64,000 bases of DNA. It comes from Epithemia pelagica. Taxonomy: Eukaryota; Protista; Bacillariophyta. Positions 1 to 10,478 of the stretch are shown here, one piece after another. Made by a program: the position numbers and the translations under genes. The stretch is taken from contig OX337231.1 in assembly GCA_946965045.2 (NCBI GenBank), forward strand, positions 3,038,001-3,102,000. Reading direction: 5' to 3'. The notes beneath the pieces were generated by a model, which worked only from the letters and a program-made list of their open reading frames with translations, was not told the origin of the DNA and did not search any database. The first letter of the stretch is position 1. Each line of letters starts with the position of its first letter.

Positions 1-975
1 GAGAAACGCACCCGTGAAAACTCCATTGATATCCCGAGCCCTTTGAAGAAGACAAGGCGGACACGCAACAGTGGGAAAAGCGAGAAGAACAGTCCGAAAC
101 GCAAGAAATCACCCACGATCGAAGTCGTTCGCCCGGAAGTTGTTTACTCCAGACCATTCACTCTCAAAAATATGATGCAGGGTGTAACATTGTCTATCGC
201 CTGCAGTCTTGTCTCTCTCAAGCAGAAGGCAGCGAGCCCCGCGGAAGAAATTTGGCCCAAACAACAATCCGCGCTCGATGGGCTACACCCTTACGTGGAT
301 GAGAACACGTTGAAATGGGCGAAGGTGAAAGATATGTGTATTGATTACATGAACCATCCTTTTCCTAGCACTACTCCTCCAAAATATTGCCTTGTACGAG
401 AGATTGGTCAGGGTTACAACGCCCGAGTTTATCTTGGTGTAGATGAGTACGGACAAGCTTGTGTTCTCAAGTTTTATCTGGGTACCGTTGATGCGGAGAC
501 GACGGCTTTGAGCCCCGAGGAGCGTAAAAAGAAGCGTACCCAATATCTTGAGGAAACCAGGAAAGAGGTTGAAGATGAAGTGCAGCGTTGGAAGGACCTG
601 CAAGGGGACTACAAAGATTATGTTGAACATGTGTTGCTCAATGCACAAAACGTGTTGAAAATGCCAGTTTTTGCTCCAGTGCCTCTGGATAATCGCTCAA
701 GCGTTCTTGGCACTGTCGAGAAGAAGCTGCTCGAGTTTTTTAGGAAAGGATATGTCTACAATGAGGTGCATTGGCAGCATATCGGATGTCGCCGAACCGA
801 CAAGAGCAACGAGTTGGAAATTGCTTTGCTGGACTTGGAGTCGCTCCACAAAGTATCCAGTGAAACCTCAGAAAATGTCCAGCGGCAGATTAAATCCCTA
901 AAGGCACGTATGGGAAGTGCGCCTGCCAGTGGCCGTTCTAGTGTGCTTTGGGGGGCGCCTTTGCATGGCATGTAG
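1..975 (+). CDS. 5'-truncated protein with C-terminal atypical protein-kinase-like fold
   Basis: Frame is open from base 1 (no stop before the TTG at 43). Gly-loop-like EIGQGYNARVY, beta3 lysine VLKFY, degenerate catalytic loop VHWQHIG and LLDLES in place of DFG. Confidence 0.55.
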   Translation, partial: EKRTRENSIDIPSPLKKTRRTRNSGKSEKNSPKRKKSPTIEVVRPEVVYSRPFTLKNMMQGVTLSIACSLVSLKQKAASPAEEIWPKQQSALDGLHPYVDENTLKWAKVKDMCIDYMNHPFPSTTPPKYCLVREIGQGYNARVYLGVDEYGQACVLKFYLGTVDAETTALSPEERKKKRTQYLEETRKEVEDEVQRWKDLQGDYKDYVEHVLLNAQNVLKMPVFAPVPLDNRSSVLGTVEKKLLEFFRKGYVYNEVHWQHIGCRRTDKSNELEIALLDLESLHKVSSETSENVQRQIKSLKARMGSAPASGRSSVLWGAPLHGM

Positions 976-1587
976 ATGTGCCAAAAACAGCTACGGCTGT
1001 GATCAATGGTGAAACCGACCGAGGCTGAGGAGGCAATGGATTTTCGGTCTTCAACAATGGAGGATCCATGTTTCTGACGAATCCAGAAGTTTCATTGCAA
1101 AATAACATTGCCAGTCTGACTCAAATGCAGCATGCCATGTATGCACAACAGCAGTAGTATCAGCAACAAAAACCAATTATTGACGACGACGATGGTATGA
1201 ATTTGAATTCAAACCCAGACCAGCTGAATCGTTCAAGTCTCTTTGATAAAAAACAAGTGCACTATGAAACCGTGCATCTTAAGTGGGATTTCATACGACA
1301 AGTCATATTTGACTCTCACCATTCATCAAAGCAATCTCAAAGACCAGTCCCTGCATGCTATGTCGTCATGCCCCAGCAGATATACCCCGAGAACTGTAAG
1401 AAATATGATAGCCAAAGTGCGATGTACGTTAGAATTAGTTTAGGAAGCCTTGCCATGCATACGTATACTTTCTTGCTGGTGTAGTCCGGTTAGTGATCAT
1501 CGTTCTCCATCGTTGTGATGGTGTTGCTCTTCTCCTAACGATATCCCACAGAGTCTACTAAGACCATGTATCATTAGGAATGACGTC

Positions 1588-3327
1588 CTAAAGCGTAAAA
1601 GAGTGCGAAATACGACCTTCCGAGTCGGGGCGACCACGCTCACTGTGTGAATCCGAGTTTGATCGTACAGAGTCCGGAGACACCACTGCGGAAGCACCAC
1701 CTTGTTGCTCCTTGGAGTTCGGTGAGGGTTGGACATGTTCTGTTGTTGCAGCAGTCTCATGACTTTCTTTTTGCTCGTCTTTGTTTTGTTCGTTGTCCTC
1801 CTGTTCCTCATTCTCCTCAAAACAATCATCATCATCATCTTCTTCTTCCATCTCTTCATCCCATTCTGGTTCTTCGGCGTTGTCATATTGCCCTTTATCC
1901 AGTTCCTCATGTTCGTCAAAGTCACTATCATCTTCTTCTTCTCTTTCAAGCGCCACATCCCACTCTGGTTCCTCCGAGTCGTCTGTCTCCCCTTTTTCAT
2001 GATCTTGAGGTTGTTTACCCTCTTCTTCCATGCTCGGTTGCCAGTCTTCGTCTTCCGGGTCACTGTAGGACGACCAGATGGTATCCTCTATCGTTTCTCC
2101 ACCCTCTTCGTCTTGCAGCGCTTGCGGCTTTACGTCGTCCGTATGGTCCCCTATTTCTTCTTGTTTCTCGATTTTTTTCTTCCTCGCAACTTGCTTGTCT
2201 TTGTTTCCGATTTTTTTCAAAGTTGACGGGCTATCCGTCTTCTGCTTGTTGTTGTTGTTATTGTTATTGTTGGATGTCATCGGGTCCGGCGAATCGTCCT
2301 CCTCCACACAAACGGGTGGTTCGTCGTGTACGATGGGCGGTTCCTTTGGAGAAGCTACGGCTGCAGCAGCATCCAACAAGGGTTCCTTCCAGACTGGTGA
2401 CCCCTTTCGGGATACTTGATTCATGACTTCCAAAAGTTCCTGGGTATCAATATGCGGATCAAGAGAGGTGATGTACGCAAATTCGCGTCTCCAGGTAGTT
2501 TTGGATATAGGTTGCAAGGGTGATATTGATTGCGTCGTATCCATGAAACTAGTTGTCCATTGTCGATTTCTCCAGGGTGACGTCATGCCATTGGGATAGC
2601 GTTTGCGTTCCACAAATTGGTGCGACACGAGTGCAATATCACACGCCGGAACACGAAGGCGATGCGAAAGAAGCGTGACATATTCGTCCGCACATTTTTC
2701 CCAATGACCCTGGACTTTATCGCTGGACCAACGAGGGAAATACTCTGCTATGGCGTCCCAGTCCAACACTTGCGTAGACCAATGTCGCAATTGTTCCAAC
2801 AAGAGTCGGTTTTCGGTCCGAGACCAATAGCCATGCTGACGAGGACGGCGACGTCGGCGACCATGTAGACCAACTTTTTGTTTTTTCAATGTGAATACTT
2901 GATCCTTGATGCTGACGTCCTTGTCCACATCCTCGTCGAAAAAATCGATTAACTGCTGGTTGGTGGACAAAAGCGGCCGCTTCCGCGTACGACCATCCAT
3001 AGATTTATGTTCGTTTATGTTGGTCTCATTTGGTCCATTTTTGGTGTTGCGTTCAGCGCCATCTTCGTTTTGCTTCATGCTTTGCCGTCCCAGAGACGGA
3101 TCCATCTGGTGGATACCTTTGTTCGTGTTGTTGCTACTCTTCTTGTTGTGTTCCAGGTCGTTCTTGTCAACTGTTCCAGCCGTATCCGCACTGTCAAAGT
3201 CCAATCGTCGACGAGGAATGGTCACGACGTCATCCTCATCCATTTCATTCTCCATGACAATGGTAGGCCTCCAGGAAACCCTCTTGTTAGAGGAACGTGG
3301 AGTCAAAGAGCCGGTGGATGACGACAT
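1588..3327 (-). CDS. Acidic low-complexity protein with one Myb/SANT-like domain
   Basis: Long ORF, first ATG at 3327. Regularly spaced Trp motif YWSRTENRLLL...LDWDAIAEYFPRWSSDKVQGHWEKC. Asp/Glu-rich C-terminal half. The 3' end could be spliced. Confidence 0.6.
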   Translation of the reverse strand: MSSSTGSLTPRSSNKRVSWRPTIVMENEMDEDDVVTIPRRRLDFDSADTAGTVDKNDLEHNKKSSNNTNKGIHQMDPSLGRQSMKQNEDGAERNTKNGPNETNINEHKSMDGRTRKRPLLSTNQQLIDFFDEDVDKDVSIKDQVFTLKKQKVGLHGRRRRRPRQHGYWSRTENRLLLEQLRHWSTQVLDWDAIAEYFPRWSSDKVQGHWEKCADEYVTLLSHRLRVPACDIALVSHQFVERKRYPNGMTSPWRNRQWTTSFMDTTQSISPLQPISKTTWRREFAYITSLDPHIDTQELLEVMNQVSRKGSPVWKEPLLDAAAAVASPKEPPIVHDEPPVCVEEDDSPDPMTSNNNNNNNNKQKTDSPSTLKKIGNKDKQVARKKKIEKQEEIGDHTDDVKPQALQDEEGGETIEDTIWSSYSDPEDEDWQPSMEEEGKQPQDHEKGETDDSEEPEWDVALEREEEDDSDFDEHEELDKGQYDNAEEPEWDEEMEEEDDDDDCFEENEEQEDNEQNKDEQKESHETAATTEHVQPSPNSKEQQGGASAVVSPDSVRSNSDSHSERGRPDSEGRISHSFTL

Positions 3328-3567
3328 GATGACAGCGAGGAATGAAAAGATTCTATTTGTTGAGCGCCCTCGTCGTCCGCTCTCTCCGCAACAGTAGATG
3401 TGCACTTCAATCTCCCAAGACGACAATTCAACGTTCAAGGCGTTCCACTTCTATATCTCTTGTTTCTCCTTGAGGAGGACCGTCGATGCTTTTGCTCCAT
3501 TCGGATTTCGGATGTGAGATGTGCATTCAAGAGAGGATCGCGAAAAAATCGCCTTTTTCCCGTCCGC

Positions 3568-3736
3568 TTTGGTTTTTGGCGAAATATGATCGGTTTTCCA
3601 AAACGCAAACGCACCCGGAACACGGAAAACCGATGAAAACACTCCAGCGGTAGAAGTAAGACGTATATAATCAAATAAATACCCGTTGTATCTCTATCCG
3701 CTGAGGATTCTAAATTCTCTTCATGTGCGACTACAG
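3568..3736 (+). promoter_or_regulatory. Upstream block, copy 1 (homologous to 5590-5745)
   Basis: Collinear shared segments gtttttggcg, gatcggtttt, gaaaac(a/g)ctccagcggta, atgtgcgact(a/g)cag. Confidence 0.6.
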
Positions 3737-3905
3737 CTAAAACCCGGATCCCGCAAAGTCTGCAATCGACAATGGCATGGGAGGTCGACTCTAACAAGCA
3801 GACGACTTGTCCTTTCGCAAGCAACTGCTCATCAACGCCAATCACTCGCAAAGGATCCTCTCCTCACAACCAAAAGCTTCATCGCCACCACTTCACAGGA
3901 AAGAT

Positions 3906-5243
3906 ATGTTTCGTTTGAGCACTCCACCCAACAATGACGCTTCTGCGAAAGATCTGGAGCGAGCGTTTCAGATTCTGGCATCCGGCCAATCCTCTTCTTC
4001 CTTGGAGGAACGACAGGCCGCTTTCCAAACACTGCGCAATTCATGTTCGCCCGTCACGAACCGCACGCCAGCGTATGCCTTGGAACTGGAACGCGTCTTT
4101 GCCCTTCGATTTAGTGTTTGGAACGAAGTTACATCGTTTGACATGAATGAGTCGCAAAAGACTCTTTTGGCCAACAAGATTCGTGGACTCGTCTTTGGAG
4201 CAGCCTTGGGTGATGCAGTAGGACTCAGTACAGAATTCATGACTCAAGCCGAGATTGAAGAACGCTATGACAAGAATCATGTATTTTCTCCTGGGTCCAC
4301 GGTCCATCCAGACATTCATCGACTCAACTTTCCCCATGGAGATTGGACAGACGACACGGATCAGTTGCTGCTCGTCCTTCAAACTTTACTGGAATGTCAA
4401 GGCCGTTATTATGGTCCCATGTTTGCTCGGAAGCTTTTGGATTGGAAAGAAAATGGATTTCCTGGTTTGGGTGATTCCTCTGGCGCGGGTCTTGGCCAAA
4501 GTACCAAAGCCGTGCTCCAGCATGGTGATTTTGCCACGGATCCTCAAGTGGCTGCTAGAGACGTTTGGGTCAGGGGAGGTCAAAAGATGGCCGCCAATGG
4601 AGCTGTCATGAGAACAGCCATTACAGCCGTCCCCTATTTTTGGTCTCGTGATCAAGTCAAACAAACAACGAGAGACTTTTGTATGACCACTCATGCTGAT
4701 CCGAGATGTATCGCTTCTTGTCTTGTTATTGCGGAATGTCTGCGCTCACTACTCGAGGGCTCCACCCAACCTCTGTACTCTGTACCATCTTTGGATATGG
4801 TAAACCAACTGGTAGAGGAAGCAGTAGCGTTCGCACTCCTTTCAGTCAACGACGAGCTTTCGCAAGAAGCTACTCTGGAACTGTGGTACTATGCAAGAAT
4901 AGAGAGCCTTGCCGACCTCAAGTTGGATGATGCAACCTCCATTGGATACACATTCAAGTGCATGGGTACTGGATTGTATTCACTTCGCGAAGCAGCTTCT
5001 CGTATCCCTTCGGCGTCCCAGAAAATGGCGGTCGTGGTCGAAGAAATCATACAGGACATTGTACGTCAGGGTGGGGATTCTGATACCAATGCAACTACTG
5101 CTGGTGCTCTTCTGGGAGCTTTGGTTGGAATGCAGGGGCTTCCCTCATCATGGGTCAATGAATTGCCTTACGGAGGCTGGCTTGAGGCGTGGATACAAAA
5201 GCTACTGTTCATGATGAGACTATCAATTTCGTCCTCGCAATGA
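3906..5243 (+). CDS. ADP-ribosylglycohydrolase (ARH/DraG family)
   Basis: Family motifs GAALGDAVG, WTDDTDQ, NGAVMR, THADPRC, GGDSDTNA. ATG at 3906. Confidence 0.92.
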   Translation: MFRLSTPPNNDASAKDLERAFQILASGQSSSSLEERQAAFQTLRNSCSPVTNRTPAYALELERVFALRFSVWNEVTSFDMNESQKTLLANKIRGLVFGAALGDAVGLSTEFMTQAEIEERYDKNHVFSPGSTVHPDIHRLNFPHGDWTDDTDQLLLVLQTLLECQGRYYGPMFARKLLDWKENGFPGLGDSSGAGLGQSTKAVLQHGDFATDPQVAARDVWVRGGQKMAANGAVMRTAITAVPYFWSRDQVKQTTRDFCMTTHADPRCIASCLVIAECLRSLLEGSTQPLYSVPSLDMVNQLVEEAVAFALLSVNDELSQEATLELWYYARIESLADLKLDDATSIGYTFKCMGTGLYSLREAASRIPSASQKMAVVVEEIIQDIVRQGGDSDTNATTAGALLGALVGMQGLPSSWVNELPYGGWLEAWIQKLLFMMRLSISSSQ

Positions 5244-5589
5244 AGGTTGCAAGAAGGTAGTCTTGTTTTCAGTGAGGAAAAATATTGAAAACAAACTACC
5301 TAGGTACTTGCGGATTCTAGACTTTCAACATTTTTGCTTAACTTGGGTCAACTTTCCTCCTGGTTTCCATGGCATTGGCAGTCATCTTCGAATGATTGCC
5401 CACTGTCTGTCGACGCAGGCCGCTGAGATACTGCGGTTGCTTCCTCTAGTTGTGCTTTGGATTGTTCATATATGATACCTGGACTTGAAAAAATCTTCGC
5501 CATGGTCTTCTTTGAGAAAAAGAGAAAGGAGAGTCGTGGTTCATTTTCTGTTGCGATTTTCTTGTGAATTTTGGTTTGCCGTTGTACTT

Positions 5590-5745
5590 TTTTTGTTTTT
5601 GGCGGAAAAGATCGGTTTTACAAAATACAAACCCAGAAAAACGAGGAAAACGCTCCAGCGGTAAACCATAGAATACCATTATTACAAGTCATATGGGGCG
5701 GTATCTACGTACGCTGCGTAGTCGACGCAAGATGTGCGACTGCAG
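5590..5745 (+). promoter_or_regulatory. Upstream block, copy 2 (homologous to 3568-3736), directly upstream of IWS1
   Basis: Same collinear motifs as copy 1 with nearly the same spacing (86 vs 88 bp between the last two motifs). Confidence 0.6.
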
Positions 5746-5788
5746 TCCGCCGCATTTCGGGCCAAGGCCCATAGTTTTGACTTGCACC

Positions 5789-7336
5789 ATGTCGGACGAT
5801 GAAGACGATGATTTGTTTGCCGATTCGGACGATGAAGACGAAACACCGGTAAAAAAGAAGAGTCCTGTGAAAAAGGCACCCGCCAAAGCTTCCAAGGCTT
5901 CAGCGGACGATGACGACGACGATGATGATTTGTTTGACAGCGATGACGACGATGATGACGAAGAAGAGGATCAAGCGACTCGATCCAAAAAGAAAAAGGC
6001 AGCTTCCGCAAAGAAACCAGCCAAAGCGGCTCTTTCCAAACGTGAACGATTGGAAGCTCTGGCCAAGAAGAAACGAAGTGGTGACGAGCCACAAACCAGC
6101 AAAACGGACGGCAATAAATCCTCGAAGAAAAAGCAAAAAGACTCGGATGGATCCAAGAAAAAAGAAGACGGTTACGATTCGGGTGATTCCTACGATTCAG
6201 CAACCTTTACCCGTACAAAAGACGATGACGATTTTATTGATACCACGGGAGAAGATGCCGATGCGGTTGCGGAACTTTATGCCGACCAACATTTTGACGA
6301 TGAACGGCCCATGGAGGAGAAGAAAAAGAAACGCAAAATCAGTGACCGTGATCAAGGAGGAGAAGGTGGTGGACCACGGGGAGAACGTGAAGAGTTGAAT
6401 GAAGATGGAGTGCCAGTCAATCCGATCATGGCCGCTGTCCATAAAATGAAACGCAAGAAGCGTGAGAAAAAGAGTTTGGAAGAAGTGGAGGATGAGATTC
6501 GAACCTTTTTAGGGAAAATGGAATTGTGTGTGGAGGAAGACGAGCAAGCTGTCAGTGAACGACGTCCAGCCATGGCGAAACTGCAGTTTTTAGGAAAAGT
6601 GGAAGAAATGTTTGCCCGACGAGATATGCAAAGGAATTTATTGGATATGGATGTCTTATCTGTTTGCAAACGATGGATTCAACCGCTGCCCAACGGAAAA
6701 TTGGGCAACGTCACCGTGCGACATCGTCTCTTGACTTCTATTTCACAGCTTAACAATGGAACCGACAATGGTATTACGGCCAACGATTTGCGTCGTTCCG
6801 AGTTGGGCAAGGTGGTTATGATCTTGTTTAAACATCCGGATGAAACTCCATCGATGAAGCGCTTGGCAAAACAGCTGATTGAACAATGGAGTCGTCCCAT
6901 TTTCCAGAAATCTGGTAATATGAGAGATTTGGAACGGGTTGGTCGACAGGGTACCGGATTGGCAGCCATTAAGCGACGAGCTGATGTGCAACAGCAAATG
7001 TACGATCGACAGGAAATGGAACGGAAACAAGTCGATAGTGGCAAGCATGCCAATTTGCAATCGTTAATTGCGACTGGTCGATCAGGAAATGCCGCAGATT
7101 CCATGTCGGCTTCGGCCAATCGTGTTCGTGTACCCTTTTCCAAGGGTTTTGCCTATTCGGTCCGGCCCATGAACAAGACCGACACGGCACCGGATACTGG
7201 AGCATCACCGATCAAGGGAGGAACTGGAGACAATCGAGGAAAACTAGCCAAGCGAATGGTGGAAAAAGGACGATCGGTAGCGAAAAATCAACGATCGGCA
7301 AATATCAGTGTCGAAGGACGAGCCACCAAGGGCTAA
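5789..7336 (+). CDS. IWS1: Transcription elongation factor IWS1/Spn1 (TFIIS N-terminal domain)
   Basis: Acidic/basic N-terminus, then PAMAKL, KRWIQPLPNGKL, LRRSELGKVVM, AKQLIEQWSRPI typical of IWS1. ATG at 5789. Confidence 0.9.
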   Translation: MSDDEDDDLFADSDDEDETPVKKKSPVKKAPAKASKASADDDDDDDDLFDSDDDDDDEEEDQATRSKKKKAASAKKPAKAALSKRERLEALAKKKRSGDEPQTSKTDGNKSSKKKQKDSDGSKKKEDGYDSGDSYDSATFTRTKDDDDFIDTTGEDADAVAELYADQHFDDERPMEEKKKKRKISDRDQGGEGGGPRGEREELNEDGVPVNPIMAAVHKMKRKKREKKSLEEVEDEIRTFLGKMELCVEEDEQAVSERRPAMAKLQFLGKVEEMFARRDMQRNLLDMDVLSVCKRWIQPLPNGKLGNVTVRHRLLTSISQLNNGTDNGITANDLRRSELGKVVMILFKHPDETPSMKRLAKQLIEQWSRPIFQKSGNMRDLERVGRQGTGLAAIKRRADVQQQMYDRQEMERKQVDSGKHANLQSLIATGRSGNAADSMSASANRVRVPFSKGFAYSVRPMNKTDTAPDTGASPIKGGTGDNRGKLAKRMVEKGRSVAKNQRSANISVEGRATKG

Positions 7337-8029
7337 AAGTATCCGATATTCGCTCGTTTTGTAGTCTCGTCTTCGTCTTGCAAAAGGATGATGTGGCCAG
7401 AGCACGAGAAAAGAGCAACAGCATTGCAATAAAAAAGACCCCACGCTGGTAAGGTGTACCAGTATGAAAAAGAGCCATGAAGAAGAAGCATCAGCAACAG
7501 GATAAACTCGTATACAGGAAAATAATTTATAGAGGCGAATCGAATCCACACAGAATCCCAAACTTCGTTTTGAAGGTCGATTTACTTAGAACTGTTCCAC
7601 GCTTCTTTCAACTCAAGGACATCACGCGTTGGTTCCACCATTCAGTAAAAAAAAGGTTCCCATGAAAAGTCAAAGAACCGTCTGCAGGCATTTATAAAAA
7701 AAGACGCATCTGGCTATCAAAACCACTCGTTCTATCATACCAATTTGGCTTAAGGGAGTATGTCGTTTGTCGCGAGCAGTTGTATGTTGGGGTGTGTGCT
7801 CTCGGTCCATCGTCTCAAGAGCACGTTTACTTTATGCGTTTGTAACGTCTACGAGTATGAGGGCCTGTGAAATGAAATGTGCAGCTGTCCGGAATGAACC
7901 AACGGCATCCACAATCTCATAGGGGAGAAAGGGTATGATCGAACGATTTCGTGACCGATCGGTTCAATCTGTCATGTCTTCGACGGCAACATGATCATGA
8001 GTGTGCAACGAATGTGTATGTGACAGTTC

Positions 8030-9289
8030 TCAATTCAAGCATGCATCCTTGAGCTTTTCTCGCTGTTCCGGACCAAATCCAATCGAATCTAAATACCCTT
8101 CAACATTTCCATATTGTTCCTCCATGGCATCAAGCGTATCTTCCATTACATAGGAGGGAGCACCAAGAAAGGTTTTGGGATCCAAACTTCGCTGAGATAG
8201 TGCACCCACCATGGCCTTGTGGTCATTCATCTCGGCATATACATTGGCCGAAAGGGTGTAATCTTCAACTATGCTTTCCTTAGGTACCCCACATAGCCTG
8301 AGAATAATGGCTGTAATGACACCAGTGCGATCCTTTCCAGCCGTGCAGTAAAATGCAATGGGGTGTCGGCTCTTGTCCGAACATAGTTCCAAAACATACT
8401 TGATTCCAGGGGCGCCATATCGAAGCAACATGTCGTTGACCATGGGCAAGCCTCCACCATTAATTTCGTCCAAGAAAGGTTTCTTGACAGAATTTCGAAC
8501 TCGACGACTCACCAAGGCTCCCGGTGATTTAAGAAGCGACTTGGTCAAATCACGCTTGCGTACTTTGGATACAGTTCCTTTTACGTACTTGAGTTCATTC
8601 ATGACGCTAACAAAGTGGCGTTCTTTCCGACCCACAGGAAGTTCACCAAGTGTACTACAACCAGCCACATCTACAATCATGTCTTCGTCGTCGTCAATGT
8701 CCTCGACAGGATCTTCGTCCTTGCTACTTGAGTCTGACTTACCACCCAACCGGCTCCAGAAACGACGTTTGAGAGGTGATTGCCCAGCTGGTAGCGGAGT
8801 CACGCATCCACGTCGTTCCCTCCACAAAATGTTAGTGAAATTACCAAAGACAGCTTCCCTCATGAGATTCTCGTCGTCTTTCAATTCGGTAGGTGATCGA
8901 AGGTCGACGACTGTTGTAATATTCAGTTCGTTGAAGAGGAGATTGGTATCCTTTTCGGAAGCGTCACTCATTCGTCCTGTTCGGAACAAGCGCCCTCGCT
9001 TGACCGGTGATTCTGCCACCGATGCCAAGTCACGGGCATTCTTAACTTTTTCCAATGGTATATTGCGAAGATCACAAAGCGCTTTACAACGGCTAAGGAA
9101 TTCCTGCTCCTCTTTACGCTCCAGTTCTTCTTGTTGTTGTTCGAGTGATTCGATACCAGAATGAAGCGACCACGAGAAACCTCTCAGATCAGATGAATGA
9201 GGTTGCACTAGAAATCCAGATATTGGAGACGTCAAGAAGACGCTCGCAAGCGCCAATCGGTAGAGGGTAGGAGCCATGGTTGTTGTCAT
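8030..9289 (-). CDS. Tyrosine/lipid phosphatase family protein (CX5R), probably plastid-targeted
   Basis: LFRTGR, VVDLRSPTE, P-loop FYCTAGKDRTG, IVEDYTLS. N-terminal signal peptide with ISG/F cleavage. Confidence 0.88.
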   Translation of the reverse strand: MTTTMAPTLYRLALASVFLTSPISGFLVQPHSSDLRGFSWSLHSGIESLEQQQEELERKEEQEFLSRCKALCDLRNIPLEKVKNARDLASVAESPVKRGRLFRTGRMSDASEKDTNLLFNELNITTVVDLRSPTELKDDENLMREAVFGNFTNILWRERRGCVTPLPAGQSPLKRRFWSRLGGKSDSSSKDEDPVEDIDDDEDMIVDVAGCSTLGELPVGRKERHFVSVMNELKYVKGTVSKVRKRDLTKSLLKSPGALVSRRVRNSVKKPFLDEINGGGLPMVNDMLLRYGAPGIKYVLELCSDKSRHPIAFYCTAGKDRTGVITAIILRLCGVPKESIVEDYTLSANVYAEMNDHKAMVGALSQRSLDPKTFLGAPSYVMEDTLDAMEEQYGNVEGYLDSIGFGPEQREKLKDACLN

Positions 9290-10478
9290 TGATGTTACGC
9301 CAAGGGCGATCTTTAATCACTTGAACTGTCGAGATGCTCAGCCTGTGTCCAGAACAACAGGCAGGTGGTGTTTTTGGTCTGATGATGGTTGAAATCGATG
9401 TCGAACCTGTCGAAGTGTCGAACGTGAGTGCGCTTGCTGGCAAGCCGATCCCACCAGAAAAAAATGAGCGTCGCCACGTTTGATTCACGGTTCTTTGAGT
9501 ACATGTTTCTGTAAGACTATAAAGATTTGTGTAGAAGCTTCTTCAAATCTCACCCGGATATAGCTACCTCCTCTATCTACCCAAGATGGTCCGCAATCTA
9601 TTCATACTCCTACTCCTCGCTAGGAGTAGTTTGTTCTTTAAAATTGCGCCCTTTTCAGTCTCTCTACTAGAGGGGTATCATCATCTATGCGACTTTCAGC
9701 CATGGTGGATCGTTCCGATGAAGATATCTATCTCTTTCTTTATATTGACAGTTGTGAGACTATGAGACTACACAACGGAGAAAAGCTGCCCATGTTGCCG
9801 GGCCTTGTTCCACCGACAAAAGAACTCTCCGATACAAATTCGTGGGAGTATAGCAGAAATCACGACCGTGCAACCTCCCGCTCCAGCTTGGCTCTATCTT
9901 ATGGAGTACTCCTACTTGGCAGTTTACTTGGATATTGCTCCCTGATCTTCCGATCGTGTCTACTGTTGTAGCTAGTCCCTCTTGACCTCTTACTCCGTGT
10001 CGAGCAGTTCATCTTCTTTTCATGGCTCGTTTCTGTTGCGTCGACTTTTTGTTTTAACCCAAGAGAGATAAGATCTCCCTTTCGTCGTATGGTAGTCCAA
10101 ACAGGTCCATGGTCCCAGTGTAGAACATCCCGATGTCGTTCGGTTTTTGTGCCCGGGAGGGTTGGGAGTTGGGAATTGGGAATGGGAACTTCCCGTTCAA
10201 AATTCAAAATAAAGAGATTTAATGTCGACCAAAACTTCAAAGCAATTTTTAATGACCTCTCTTTCCATTCGGAAGGGCTATACAAGAATGCATGACCATT
10301 ATATGGCCTTTCAGTAGGGGCTAAAAGGTCCGATTGTTCCCCAACTATTTTTCCTTGGATGGACTCAGACACGAGGTAAAGGATAAAAGATTTTACAGGT
10401 AAGCCAAAAGATCTAAGGACCCCCCTGTGTCTCTACTCTCATCTCGCATACCTCTTGTTGACCTTCAACCTATGCTCT

